Shown here: one piece after another, positions 37,195 to 50,883 of the stretch | How the letters are laid out: each line of letters begins with the position of its first letter | Position numbering within the stretch: the first letter of the stretch is position 1 | Assembly: GCA_964016885.1 (NCBI GenBank) | Contig: OZ024743.1 | Span: forward strand, 307,520,001-307,584,000 | Direction of reading: 5' to 3' | Length of the DNA: 64,000 nt | Source of the DNA: Eledone cirrhosa | Taxonomy: Eukaryota | The notes under the pieces: generated by a model | The model's database searches: none | What the model saw: the letters and a program-made list of their open reading frames with translations, nothing else | Told to the model about the DNA's origin: nothing | Program-made: the position numbers and the translations under genes

Positions 37195-38240
37195 GTTACA
37201 AAATTAAAGGGGATGCTCTAGAGAGGAGCAATTATAGGGGCATAAAGCTGATGGATCAGGTTATGAAAGTGGCAGAGAGAATATTAGTGCAACTGATTAG
37301 AGAAGGAGTCAGTTTAGATGAGATGCAGTTTGGTTTTGTGCCTCGGAAAAGTACAACAGATGCCCTCTTCATAGTGAGGCAACTACAAGAGAGGTTCCTA
37401 GAGAAGAATAAGCCACTATACTTAGCTTTTGTTGACTTAGAGAAGGCCTTTGATAGGGTACTCTGATCTGTCATCTGGTGGTCCCTAAGGAAACTAGGTG
37501 TAGAGGAATGGCTTGTGAGGACAGTGCAAGCTATGTACAGGGGTGCAGTCAGTAAAGTGAGAATAGGAATGGAGTTTAGTGAGGAATTCCAGATACAAAT
37601 AGGTGTACATCAAGGTTCTGTCCTCAGCCTACTCTTGTTGTTCATTATAGTCCTCCAAGCCATAACGGAGGAGTTTAAGACTGTATCCCATGGGAACTTC
37701 TCTATGCTGATGATCTGGTTCTTACAGCAGAATCAGTAAAGGAGCTAGAGAATAAATTCTGGCTATGGAAACAGCAGTTGGAATCAAGAGGCCTGAGAGT
37801 GAACATAGCTAAAACAAAGGCGTTGATAAGTAGAAGAGAGGACAATACTCTGATTCCATCAGGGAAATGGCCATGTTCAATATGCAGAAAAGGGACTGGC
37901 AAAAATTCCATAAAATGTACGCAATGCAGATCTTGGGTACACAAGAGATGTCGTGGGATAGCAGGCAAACTAACAGGTAGGGAAAAGTACATATGCAGTA
38001 GATGCACAGGGAAAGTTGGCAGTAGTAATCACTGTGATACTCATTTTTCCAATGCAGGTGGGTTCTATAGAAGTGGTTGATAGCTTCCGGTACCTAGGTG
38101 ATCAGATTAGCATGGGAGGGCGGGTGTTCTGAAGCCATAGTATCTAGAATAAGGACGGGTTGGAAGAAGTTTAGGGAGCTGCTTGACAAAGAAGGGTTTC
38201 TCCCTGCGTACGAAAGGACGGTTATATAATGCCTGTGATT
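37195..38240 (+). mobile_element. RTE-clade LINE RT fragment with PHD-like insert
   Basis: KGDALERSNYRGIKL...QFGFVP..STTDA...FVDLEKAFDRV, GVHQGSVLS, YADDL, and WPCSICRK...CTQCRSWVHKRC...CSRC. Confidence 0.92.
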
Positions 38241-40834
38241 TTTGTGGTCTTCGAGGGCAAAAAAAAAAATGTACCAACTAGTACTGTGATTGATTATTCC
38301 TCTATATATCTTTCTCACTTGTCACCTCCTTTCTCTTACTCTCTATCTCTCTCTGGAAGAAATTTACTGTATTCAGATCTGGAGAGGGATGGGCTCCGCC
38401 AGTCTTAAAAATACCATAGAAACAGGGTATGGCACTATGGTGTCCTTATGACTTTATGAATGTCATTTCTACAATAATGAATTTAAAAAAAAATGAACAA
38501 AAAAAAAATTTTTAATTTCAGTTAAATTTCATTAACATGTAATATACACCTTCGTAAACGTATCTCTGCCAAATTTCTTTTAAATACTATGTATTGTTAA
38601 GAAAGTTATGAGGGGAGCACTAAACTAGTTATGCCAACGTGCTTAGGTAAAAATTGCCGATACTCAGCCTACAGCTGTTATTTATTTAATCAGTTTAAAC
38701 GTCCATGGGTGGTTTTCTGCTAGCATGTGTAGTGTGTATATTGATATTATACGCAGGTATATATACATGTAGATATGATACATCAAATAAAATCTTAATT
38801 GACAATATATAATACATAGAAATTGAACGAAGACTGCGTTACACTGTCTTATGTAATCAGTAACGTAATCCATGATACATTAAAAAAGACAATATTATAT
38901 ATAAACTGCATTAGGAGAAAATTAGTGACGGAAAATTAGTATGTTTATTTAAGTGATCGCCACCGGAAGTGTTGACATTTCAAAAATTTTAAAGAAGTGA
39001 ATCTTTAAATAAACAAAATATTTTAATGAACAGTCACGAAATTTAGTAGATAAATTATGTAATATTCATTCATTATTTATTCAAAGTAATCCAACAATGT
39101 CTTCTCTATCCTGTCTACTGTAACCATGAGGTGGAATGGCTGCTCCAGCATCTCTTTCTTGCCATCCTCTGGAATACAAGCCAACCCTCATTTTACCATT
39201 GTTTTTTGTTTTTTTTGTGTGTGACTGGGAGACAGAAAATGTCCTACACTCAATATAATATAGATTTCTTGAAAATATTTCACTATTTTCTTTTCTTGGT
39301 AACATTTTAAAAATCTGGAGTGTTGACTAGGTCTTTGTTTTTCATTAAATACTCAAGATATATTTGTATATTGTTACTACTGAAATTATGAAGGAGCACT
39401 TGAACAAATTTAGCTTATTTTTAATGAAAGATACTATCTGCAATTATCAAATAATTTGGATGATAATCAGGAATTTGTAAGTTATTTAGTAATATTACTC
39501 TCCTATTATTAAGCAGGTGTTTGTAAGAGCAAATTGTTTTATATAACATTCTGATGGAGGGCTTTTAGATACATATGAACACGATGATGATGCTACCCAG
39601 GGCAGTTTCCATCAGTTTTGTATCAAAAGAATTAACTATTCAAAAAATATATTAGTATAAATCTAATGTTGAGTGGTTGGGTAAGTTAAACAGCTGTAAG
39701 TTTTAAGAGCATTTGTCTGTCTGTATTCTATAGCATATATTTTAGTAATGTGTACTAAAGCAGCATGTTATTCTGAAATATTTCTTTTAAATTAGAATGT
39801 AAAGTAGAGCAAGTCTCATGTGTTTTGGGTGACCAGAAAATCATATTAACCCTTTAGCACTCTCATTATTTTGGTGGATTGGCAGTATCGGTGGAGGGTC
39901 GGACGCCATGCTTTCCAGCATAGTTACGTCCCTTTACGATCTGTGTTCAAATCCCGCCGAGGTTGACTTTGCCTTTCATCCTTATGGGGTCGATAAAATA
40001 AAGTACCAGTAATGCACTGGGTAATTGCTGGCCTTGTGCCTAAAGTAGAAACAATTATTTTATATTTCCACAGAAAAGGGCTTTATCTCACATAATTAAC
40101 TCACATAACTTAAATCTACAAGATTTTGATATCATTTATTTTGTGAACAATACTTAACGTTGATATAAGCGGCTGATTACGACCGATTTGAACAGAAAGA
40201 GGTGAGAGAATTCTGGCCGGATATGGCCAGTTTAAGTTCTAAGGGGTGGTTAAAATCTCATGTTTTGTATTTAAGATAAGTTATTTTATAAAACACTGTC
40301 TGAACTGCGCCTAGTTTTATAATACAAAACTTATTTTAAAGTATTTATACTTAAATATAAAATTTCCATTATAATTTTATATAAGAACATTTGTTAAGTT
40401 ATAATTGTTTCTACTTTTGGCACAAGGCCAGCAATTACCCAGTACATTACTGGTACTTTATTTTATCGACCTCGTAAGGATGAAAGGCAAAGTTAACCTC
40501 GGCGGGATTTGAACTCAGACCATAAAGGGCCGTAACTCTTTGCTGCAAAACATGGTGTCCGACCATCTACAGATGCTGCCAATCCACCGAAAGTTAGTTG
40601 TATTACTAAATTATTTGATAATAATAGACGATTTATCATTCACGAATAACCATCGTTTTTGCACCTAGAAAGTTTCCCTCTGAAACACAAACCTGGGCAA
40701 TGTCTTTTTGCGGAAAACTAACAGTTGCTCATGCATACCAGTACCCCCCCCCCCACACACACACACACCACAGATGTTGTCCAAGGGGAAGGCAAAGGCT
40801 GGTACAGCTTGGTACCAGAAATGTGACAACATAT

Positions 40835-41760
40835 CATCATCACCACCATTTAACATCCATTTTCCATGCTAGCATGGTTTAGACAAGCTGTCCGATTATG
40901 AGACAAGCCAGGTCAGGTGACCATGTCTTGCTCATACAGAACTGATTTTGGCTTGGTTTCTACATTTGGATGCCCTTCCTAATGCCAACACACTTTTACG
41001 GTGTGTACTGGGAACTTTTTGTTGTGACACATACATGACCATTTTACAGTGTGGGCTGGGTGCTTTTTGTTGTGGCACCAAAATGACCCATTTACAGTGT
41101 GGACTGGAGACTTGCATGGGGATTGGGGAGGTAGATCTTGGGGCATGGATGAGGAATGGGGTGTTAGGACATGAGTGGAGTGTTAGAACATGGGTGGGAT
41201 GTTACGACATGGGAGGTGTATGGAAGGGGTGATAGAGGGGAAGGTGGTGCATACTAGATGTATACCTCAACTCGGGAAGAAGGGTTTTCTGTATTACCAC
41301 ATAATGCCAGAGATGCCTGTCCTGTGTCATCACTTTTGAGAGGTACATTTATGCAAGGTCAACTTTTATCACCTTATCCCAAGTCTTCCTAGGTCTTTCT
41401 ACTACAGAGTTTCCATTAGCTTTGAGCATTCTGTACCTTTTTATATAGTTGTCATCCTTCATATGCATCATATGTCCATACCAACACAATCTCCTATCCT
41501 GTACACTCCATCTAATCTCTTTTATGCCCAGTTTCTCTCTGTTCATTTATGCTTTGCCATTCATGTATATTGTTATTACACATCCATTGAAGCATGGAAG
41601 TCCATTTCTTTCCATTCATTGAAGGTCTTCTGCACACAGTGTCCAGGTCTCACTACTATGCAACACTGCTGTTCATATACCTGAGTCTGCTCTTCATTTT
41701 GAGGGGAAAAAAACCTTTTGTAGTTAGCAGCAGTAGTAGCTCCCTGAACTTTCTCCAACA
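40835..41760 (-). mobile_element. Old RTE LINE 3' portion and 3' UTR
   Basis: REKLGIKEIRWSVQDRRLCWYGHMMHM...RPRKTW. (GAT)n-type tail at ~40835-40850. Confidence 0.75.
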
Positions 41761-42164
41761 TTTTCAATATATATATACACGCACACAATATATACACAAG
41801 ATATACTCTACACAATGTATGTTGTCCAACAGAAAGGCAAATACCATAATAGCTTGGCATCAGTGATACTGCAATTCATTTCTACAGTTAAGTGAACTGG
41901 AACATGAAATAAAGTGTCTTGCCCAAGGGCACAACTCATCACTCGGTTCAGGAATTGAACACACAACCTCTTGTTTGTGAATCCAATGCTTAAACTGCTG
42001 AGCCATGCACCATCATTTTCCATTAGGAATTTAGTAACAAAAAGGTTTGCAGTAACTAAGTGTATATATTGTAACTGCTGACTGATTTGTTTACAATTAT
42101 CCAGTGGCAGAGTTTCTTTATCTTAAAATCTCATTTAATGTCACTTTTACTGTGCATATATAGT

Positions 42165-42620
42165 CATGGTTAGGGTGTTTGACTCACAATAGTAAGATCA
42201 CAAGTTCAATTCCCAGTGGCACATAGTGTCCTTGAGCAAGAGGCTTTATTTCATGTTACTCCAGTCCACTGTGTCCTTCAGCAAAACACTTTATTTCATG
42301 CTGCTCCAGTCCTCAGTCCTTGAGCAAAACACTTTATTTCATGTTGTGTTCTTGAGCAAAACACTTTATTTCATGTTGTGTTCTTGAGCAAAACACTTTA
42401 TTTCATGTTGTGTCCTTGAGCAAAACACTTTATTTCATGTTGTGTCCTTCAGCAAGGCACTTTATTTCATGTGGCTCCAGTCCACTGTGTCCTTAACCAA
42501 GATGCTTTATTTCATGTTGCTCCAGTCCATTGTGTTCTTGAGCAAAACACTTCATTTCACATTGTGTCCTTGAGGAAGACACTTTATTTCTTGTTGCTCT
42601 TGTCTACTCAGCTGGAAAAA
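42165..42620 (+). mobile_element. CORE-like SINE with tandemly amplified core segment
   Basis: tRNA head (gttcaattcc) followed by ~10 repeats of (tg)tgt(c/t)cttgagcaaaacactttatttcatg. Confidence 0.75.
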
Positions 42621-43169
42621 ATGTGTTGTACTTATGTTTCAAAGGGCCAGCTTTGTCATACATGGTCATACTGAATCTTCCAAGAAATTGTATTAAGGGT
42701 ACACATGTCTACAGAATGCTGAGCCACCTGCATACAAAATTCATGAACAGGTTATTCAGTTAATCAAATAACTGGAACACTCATTGTTAGAACCGACGGT
42801 TGTCTAACTCGTAGTTCAATCAGGTTGTTTGACTATCACCGTCATGATATTCACTGTATGTATGAACGTATGTTAATATTATGTGTAAAATATATATATG
42901 GTTATTGTGATTTAAACATTTTCTTACTGTATTTCTCATGAAATATACTGCCTGTTGTTACAATTAATTTTGAAAACAGTCAAGAATGTTGTGATTTTAG
43001 TATAAAAACTAACTTTTCCATTATCAAACTACTAATATGGACACAAATTATTAAAAGTTCATACATAAAATTGTGACGGAAGGTTTTAATCCTTTTGATA
43101 ACACACTACTATAAATGTCCCCATCTTCTAGTATACAAAACTGTTTATTTAAAATTGTTTATCTATATA

Positions 43170-44480
43170 CGAGGGGGGATCAAAAAGTTTGCGGAATTTT
43201 TCAGAAAATATTCTATTTTTCAAAAAATATGATTTACCTTCAATTTATTTTTCTACATAGTTGCCATCCAGGTCAATACACTTCACAAAGCGATGTTTCC
43301 AACTCCGTCAGCCGTCTCTAAAGAAAGTTGAAGGCCTTGTTCGAAGCCATGTGTTGGCAGTGTTTTTAGCTTCTTCAACACCACTAAAACGGGTTCCTTT
43401 TAGCATTTCTTTGAGTTTTGGAAAGAGGAAAAAGTCTGATGGGGCTAAATCTGGACTATAAGGCGGGTGAGGAAGCACTTCCCATCGAAATTCTCGAAGA
43501 ACTTCTTTTGCAACCCGCGCAGAATGCGCTGGTGCATTGTCATAGTCAAACAAGATTCCACCATGAAGTTTCCCTTTTCGTTTCTTGACTAATGCCTCTT
43601 TCAGTTTCCTTAAAACATTTGCATAGTAAGCTCTTGTCACAGTTCTTTGACCTTCAAGATAATCTATTAGTATCACCCCATCTGAATCCCAGAAAATGGT
43701 GGCCATCACTTTTTTATCCGACTTTTGAGATTTGAACTTGATTGGCCCCGATGATCCATGTGGAAGCCACTGTTTTGACTGCTGTTTGGATTCAGGATCA
43801 TACTGGTAGATCCAGGTTTCATCTCCAGTGATGATTCTGGTCAGGAAATGCTCTTCATCAACTTCAATTTTGTTTAATATCGCCAAAGACAGATCACTTC
43901 GAAGAATCAGCTGATCAGGGCGCAACGCTTTTGGGACCCATCGCACTGAAAGCTTGCTTAGTCCCAAATTATCGTGCAGAATTGAATTTGCCGAACCATA
44001 TGAAATGTCTAGGGACTTAGCGAACTGATTAACTGTTATTCTTCGATCTTCTTCAATTAAAGTCTGAGCAGCCTCAACGTTTGGTCATTTTTTGATGTTC
44101 CTAGTCTTCCACTGCGATGGTTGTCTTCAAGGTCGTCTCTCCCTTGTTTGAATCGATGAATCCACTTGTAGACAGCAGTTTTCTTTGGAGCAGTAGTACC
44201 GTAAACTTTAACTAAAGCCTTCATAATCTGTGTCCCTTTCCATTTGAGTTTCACCAGAAACTTGATATTCGATCTTATCTCAAAATAACTATTTTCCATT
44301 GTTCCAAAAAGAGTTTTTTTAAAGAGTGTCAGTACTGTACAATAGTCTGCGCATGACTGACTGCAAGTGACTAATAGCAAGTAAACACCCAAATGACAAT
44401 GTTGTGACATGTTTAATATTGTTTTAACCTATTTTTTTCTTACTACGATAAAATTCCGCGAACTTTTTGATCCCCCCTCG
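43170..44480 (-). mobile_element. Full-length mariner (DD34D) transposon, frameshifted
   Basis: TIRs cgaggggggatcaaaaagtt(t/c)gcggaatttt flanked by TA on both sides. Motifs WVPKAL, ITGDETW, DNAPAH and YSPDLAPSDF. The ORF is split into 44057-44299 and 43308-43967. Confidence 0.95.
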
Positions 44481-45784
44481 TACTACTAAAACTCTGTGAT
44501 TGTGTGCTTGTCTGTAATTTAATACACCCAAAACGGCGCATAATAGAAAATACTTTGAAAGGAAGTTGACCCTGAAATGGGAATACAAATGGAATAAAAC
44601 AAAATTCGCGTAAATCAGAACACTGGATCCAAAGATACGGGTTTTTTTCCACGTACCTTCATAAATAGAGAGAACGAGATAGTGGTTGTGAAAGAGTAGA
44701 CTGAAAGAAAGACATATATATAGAAGAGAGAGAGCTGGTGGTGTTGTTGAATGAAATTATACATACCTATATATATATATGAATTAAAAGTGATAAAGGC
44801 GCTGTGTGGTTACTAATAAATATTGTTTAAAAAACGTAAGAGAAATACAAACATAAGGACAAATCCCACTCTTCGGCTGTCTGCTGTGGGTTGCTGATGT
44901 TTCGACTCATTAAAGACAGTACATCTTACCACAGTGCGTTAATAGCTACGAGGAATAGTTATTAGGGAAGAAAACAAAAAAAAAAAACAGACGATAGCAA
45001 AGAGAACGACAGAAAAAGAAAATAAACAAGAAAAAAAGCAGAAAAAACATACCTCTAGAGAGACAGTAGTACATGTAAGTTACAGTTACCATTGGGAGAG
45101 AAGGAAAAGTTAAAAAGGAGACTGAGTGTAAGCCCTGAATCCATATTAACAGCACAAGAGAGCTCAAAGAGAACAATGTCTGATCTTAGCAAGAACAGGT
45201 GCAAAGAGGGAGAGACGAAGGAAAACCGAAGTGGGAGGGGGAAGTGGTAAGCGAGCAGAGAGAGAGGTGTAAGAGAGTATAAAGACACACACACACATAT
45301 ATGGGCCTTCCAATTTCATTTTACATTATGTACATGTCTGTGTATATTTTAATTATTTTAAGTGAACCTGATTTTTTAAAAATATTTTTAAGTGAACGTG
45401 ACCCAATGGGTCATAGGTGGTCTAGTATGTATCTAAAAACCTATTATGATTTTATGTAAGACTCTTTGTTATGGTCCAGACACATGCTTAATAATTAAGT
45501 TATTTATATTACTAAATTTCTCCAAATTCTTTATTATTTTCAAAACAATTTTAAACTTGCGGGCAGTGCCTTTCATTAAAAATAATGTAACGGAAGGGTT
45601 AAAATGAGAGGTTTTTGTATCATAGAAAGTGGGTTGCTCTCAGGCAGGTTGGTATCAAAACAGTAAAATAAGGGTTGGTTTCAGGTGTTTTGGTATCAAA
45701 ACGGTAACTGTGGGTTGGTCTCGGGTAGGTTGGTATCAAAATCGTAAATAAAAGACATCACTTTCACTAGCTGAAAACAATGGG

Positions 45785-46000
45785 TAAAAAACAGCTGAAA
45801 ATTAACTAATGTTTGTATTATATCTAAACGTCCTATACCACATGAAACCGCATTAATGTTTGTATTACATATTAAAGTCCTGTACCACACGAAACCACAT
45901 TAACAATGTTTGTATTACCTCTTAACGTCTTGTACCACATGAAACCACATTAGCAATATTTGTATTACTTCTTAATGTCCACATGAAACCACATTAGCAA
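45785..46000. repeat. ~50-bp tandem repeat, ~4 copies
   Basis: ccacatgaaaccacatta(g/a)caatgtttgtattac repeated. Confidence 0.7.
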
Positions 46001-47313
46001 GACATTCTTGAAATGTTCAAAACTGCACTATGACAGCATCACATTAAAAATTAATGTCTTTCCTCTAACACTACAAATATGTCCACTAGTAAACATTTGA
46101 ATTAACAAACCTGCATTTAGACATATTCTGCTCAATCATTACAGGATGTTAAGAGTTATATATCACACTAGAGCCTTTAGTCAAATACTACAAATTTTCA
46201 CAATGATTTGTCCTCTAATAAATATACTATAAACATTTGATTACCTGGCTTGTTTTTATATATTTTCTGCTAAATCATTACAGTGTTGAATATTAATTTT
46301 ATTAATAGCTGAGAGAGAATGAGAGGGAGAAAGTTGGAGACAGAGGGAGAAAGTTGGAGACAGAGAGAAAGTGGGAGAGAGAATATCATTGTAAACATTT
46401 TATATATCATCAGAGAAGCTTTTGTTTTCTTCTTTTAATCTTATCATCATAACATTCCAATTTTTGTTCCAGACTATAAATAAACACAGATGTACTGCTA
46501 CAATTACATATGTTGGTCTTGTTTTTTGTTTAGCCCTAGGCCAGCCTGTCTTTTTTGATTATCCAGAACTACTGTCTGATGTAGTTCTCATCATCATCAT
46601 CACCGTTTAACACCCATTTTTCCATGCTAGCATGGGTCAGGCAAGTTGTCTCATTTAAGACAGGTTAGGTCAGGTGATTGTCTTGCTCATACAGAACTGT
46701 TTCTGATTTGGATTCTACGGCTGGATGCCCTTCCTAATGCCAACTGTACAAAAAAAAGGAAAACTTGATTTGAGGGTAATATGGCTACTAATTTTAGCAG
46801 ATCGAGTGACTGTGGATAATGGTGTGGGTTGAAGAGATCTCCGGATTGATAATAGTGTCAGTGGAAAAGATCTCCAAATTTAAACAATTCTATATATTCT
46901 TGGAGAAATCATCACCGTTAAACATCCTTTTTTCACGCTAGCATAGGTTAGACAAGCTGTCCCATTGTGAGACGAACCTAATCAGATGACCATGTCATAC
47001 TCATACAGAACTGTTTCTGGATTGGTTTCTATGGGTGAATGCCCTTCCTAACAGCAACCACATTTACAGTGTGGACTGGGTGCTTTTTGTTAGGAAACCT
47101 ACATGAGCAAAATACTTAGGTATATTGAACTCAAGATATGTGAACTCACTGAATATCTCTGGAATGGAAATGTTTGTAAAACTGATGATTGATTAATTAT
47201 GAGGATATTGGTATTCTCCATTCTCTATTCCAGTTATTGTTTGGTTTTGTGTTATTTTGGGGTTAATTTATTTCCTGCTTTATTTTCATGATTTAAAAAT
47301 TTTTATCTTGCAG

Positions 47314-47482
47314 TTTATCAACCAATGGTTGAAGACTTACTCAGTACCTGTGGAGTTAGTAAGCAGTATTATAGATGAAATAACAGTTTCTATACCATGG
47401 TCAACGTTATTAGGAAGCAGTACCCTTTTTGAAGTTCATGGATTGAAATTGGAACTCAGACCAAAATGCCGCTCTGAAAATG
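47314..47482 (+). CDS. ATG2: ATG2 coding exon 2
   Basis: ttgcag|TTT...AAT G|gtacgt. FINQWLKTYSVPVELVSSIIDEITVSIPWSTLLGSSTLFEVHGLKLELRPK (Chorein_N IPW..LL...EV.GL). Phase 0 to 1. Confidence 0.93.
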
Positions 47483-47529
47483 GTACGTTTTGATTATCTA
47501 CATCTGTTGGGAACAAAGGGATTATCTCT

Positions 47530-47810
47530 TCAAGTTAAAAGTAGATTGTATGATGTCTGTGTGTGAAGAGTGGTGTTGCATGGTAGTGAAACATGGGCAG
47601 TAAATGTAGGGGATATGTGAAGGCTGGAGAAAAATATATCAAGTTCTATTGGAAGTGTAATAGTAGTTGGTATGGTTGTGAAGTGTGGGCACTGAATGTA
47701 GGGGATATGTAAGGGCTGGAAAAAAATATATCGGGTATGGATGAGCTGAGAGAAAATCCAGGCATAAGCAGGATTATATGTAGCATGCAGGAAAGAAGGT
47801 TGTGCTGGAA
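47530..47810 (+). mobile_element. Old RTE LINE fragment
   Basis: RLYDVCV.RVVLHGSETWAV-like translation. Confidence 0.6.
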
Positions 47811-48542
47811 CACACACACACATACACACATGGAAAATAGACAGTGATGTTGATGATATATGACAAGCTGCCACTCAGTTTCCGTCTACTATATTTTCCC
47901 TCACAAGACATTGGTTAACTCAAGACTATAGCAGAATGATAGACGACAATGGGGTAGAACTTGTCAAATTGGACCGAGGTAACAATGTTTCCATTGGTCG
48001 TTCCATGTGTAATACTATTTACTGGTTGCAACTCCTGGCAGAAAGAACATGAAATAAAGTGTCTTGCTCAAGGACATAATGCATCACTCAGTCCAGGAAT
48101 TGAACTCGCAACCTCATGGTTGTGAATCCAATTCTTTAACCACTAAACCATACGCTTTCACTGGTGGAACTAAACCTGAAAACATGTGGTTGCAAAGTGA
48201 ACTCTTTAAAGACACAGGTACACCTATACCTGTGTGTTTATTGTGTGTGTTCTATAAAAAGTTATTTTTAGTGGTTCTAAATAATTACTTAACCGTTTAG
48301 CATCTACATTACTCTATATCTATTCTTTTATTTTCGCAGTTAAGGCTTCACATAATATCGAATCTATGAGATTTTGATATTATTTATTTTAAGAACAATA
48401 CCTTAACGTCAGTATGAGTGGCCGGTTATGGCTGGTTTGAACAGAAAGAGGAGTGAGAATTCTGGCTGGATACAGCTAGTTTAAATGCTAAAGGGTTAAC
48501 CTGGTCTAACACTCCCTTCCAAAACTATTCTTATACTTCTAG

Positions 48543-48689
48543 GGCCTTCATTTGAAGAAATGGTTTCTAGTATAACCAGTATGACATCTAGCTTGCAGAT
48601 GGCAGAAGAGTTGCTTCGAAATGAAAAGATTTCTGAGGAAAACACAAAATATAATGGAGCCAACACCTTTGCTGATACTATTGATTCTG
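48543..48689 (+). CDS. ATG2: ATG2 coding exon 3 (not in the ORF track)
   Basis: cttctag|GG...TCT G|gtcagt. (G)PSFEEMVSSITSMTSSLQMAEELLRNEKISEENTKYNGANTFADTIDS matches ATG2 SMTSS.Q.A.E.L...FA.TI. Phase 1 to 1 joins exons 2 and 4 in frame. Confidence 0.9.
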
Positions 48690-49248
48690 GTCAGTGATTT
48701 ATTGATACTATTGATTCTGGTCAGTGATTGATACTTATTAATTCTGGTCAGTGATTTATTGATACTATTGATTTTGGTCAATGATTGATACTTATTAATA
48801 CTATTGATTCTGGTCAGTGATTGATACTTATTGATTCTGGTCAGTGATTTATTAATACTATTTATTCTGGTCAGTGATTTATTGATACTATTGATTCTGG
48901 TCAGTGATTGATACTTATTGATTCTGGTCAGTGATTTATTAATACTATTGATTCTGGTCAGTGATTTATTGATACTATTGATTCTGGTCAGTGATTGATA
49001 CTTATTGATTCTGGTCAGTGATTTATTGATACTATTGATTCTGGTCAATGATTGATACTTATTAATACTATTGATTCTGGTCAGTGATTGATACTTAATA
49101 CAATTGATTCTAGTCAATGATTTATTGATACTATTGATTCTTGTCATTGATTGATACTTATTGGTATTGGTCAGTGATTGATACTTATTGATACTATTGA
49201 TTCTCGTCAGTGATTTATTGAGACTATTGATTCTGGTCAGTGATTTAT
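48674..49248 (+). repeat. Minisatellite (27/30/36-bp units) built from the exon 3 end and its splice donor
   Basis: Unit gatactattgattctg|gtcagtgatttatt. The first copy is the real exon/intron junction. Confidence 0.92.
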
Positions 49249-50777
49249 TTTACTGAACATAACTTTTTTTTTCTGTTGCACCTAACCCACATTGTAAAGT
49301 GCTAGTTCTTGTGTCATCATAAAATCCACACAGTCCACTCTGTAAAGGAGTAATGCTACTACCATGAAAAATGCACCCAGTTTACACTTTCAGGTTTTAG
49401 TGATAGTGCCAGGACAAAATGGACCCAGTACAAGCTGTGAAGTGGTTGGTGTTAGGAAGGGCATCCAGCCATAGAAACCATGCCAAAAGGGAACATATGA
49501 GCAAGGCATATTCATTTGACTTATCTAGCCTCTGAAGATGACCACCTGTCTAGCTCATCCAAGCATGGAAAATAGATGTAAAACTCAGATGATGATTATC
49601 TGTCCATGAAAATATTGTATATACAGACAAGCTGTTTACATTTATCTAGAGGAAGGGCATCCAGTTGTAGAAAGCTTGCCAAACAAAAAGGTTGAGAGGA
49701 CCGTTCAGTTATATCAAAGACATGACAGCCTCCTTAGTGTTGGTGACTTACACAATAAATGCACCCAGTACATGATGTAAAGTGGTTGATGATAGGAAAG
49801 GCATCCAGCCATAGAAAGCTTACCAAACAAAGGGTTGGGAGAACTCTTCAGTTGTGTCAAAGACATGGCAACCTCCCTAGTGCTGGTGATCTCCACAATA
49901 AATGCATCCAGCTAAAGAAAGCTTGGCAAACAAAAGGCTAAGAGGATACAGTTATGTCAAAGACATGACAACTTCTCCTATGCATTCGGTAGAATGTGAG
50001 ACAGCATGTAAGTGAGATGCAGACCTCCAGCCTGTCTGAGAGGTCAGTAGTCCCACTTCAGTACTGACTTGGTCTAAGTAGATTTTTGCTGGCAGGGAAA
50101 GCAGATGTCAAATAATGATGTTGATGATGAAACAATTTTGGCTTAAAATCTATAGATATATTCTTTAGTAGAGTATATGTTGAAGTGTTCCTTGAGCCTA
50201 GAAGCTCATCAGGCCAAAGCTCATACTGGTTTCATCGCCCTTAAGTGTCTAAGGATACAAGACTCCCTACTGGACCAGATGCCAATCCATTTTTTTTGCT
50301 GAGATGACTGGAGAAATGTGAAATAAAGGGCTTTGCTCAAGAGCATAATGCATTCTCCAGTCTGGAAATTGAACCTATGACCTTTCAACCATGAGGTCAA
50401 CTCTAGTTTTTCATTTCTTAGGTGACAAAGAAATATGATGTGGAGAGATGCTGTGCTAAAAAAGTCTTATCCAACCCATTCAAGCTTAGAATAGTGGAGT
50501 AAAATGATGATGATGGTGATGGTGGTGGAGTTGTTGTGGTGGTTGTTTATATTAAATTTTTTCTGGCTGTATATATTCAGTATAAAATAAGTACATCATA
50601 TCACTACAAGTTTTAAGAAGCAACTAAAAAGATTGGAGCCAAGAAAGGACCCCTTGATGTGTATGAAACCTGTCACGAAGTCTGCTAGGTTAACTCCTGA
50701 TTTTGTCAGGGAAATCACCTTAAAATACTTATGTGTTCTGTTTATATTTGTTTTACTTTTCTTTTACTTCATTCCAG

Positions 50778-50883
50778 TTTTATCACGTGTGAAAATAAGT
50801 GTTCATGACATATCTATTTGCCTGGATCACATCCTAAAGGATTCTGCCAATCAAAAGGCAAGACTTGAGATGAGAATACAACG
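50778..50883 (+). CDS. ATG2: ATG2 coding exon 4
   Basis: ttccag|TT...CG|gtaaga. (V)LSRVKISVHDISICLDHILKDSANQKARLEMRIQ(R). Phase 1 to 2. Confidence 0.9.

Noticed and set aside
48548-49147. 199-aa minus-strand ORF (SLTRINSINK repeats)
   Set aside because: Antisense reading of the splice-donor minisatellite and ATG2 exon 3.
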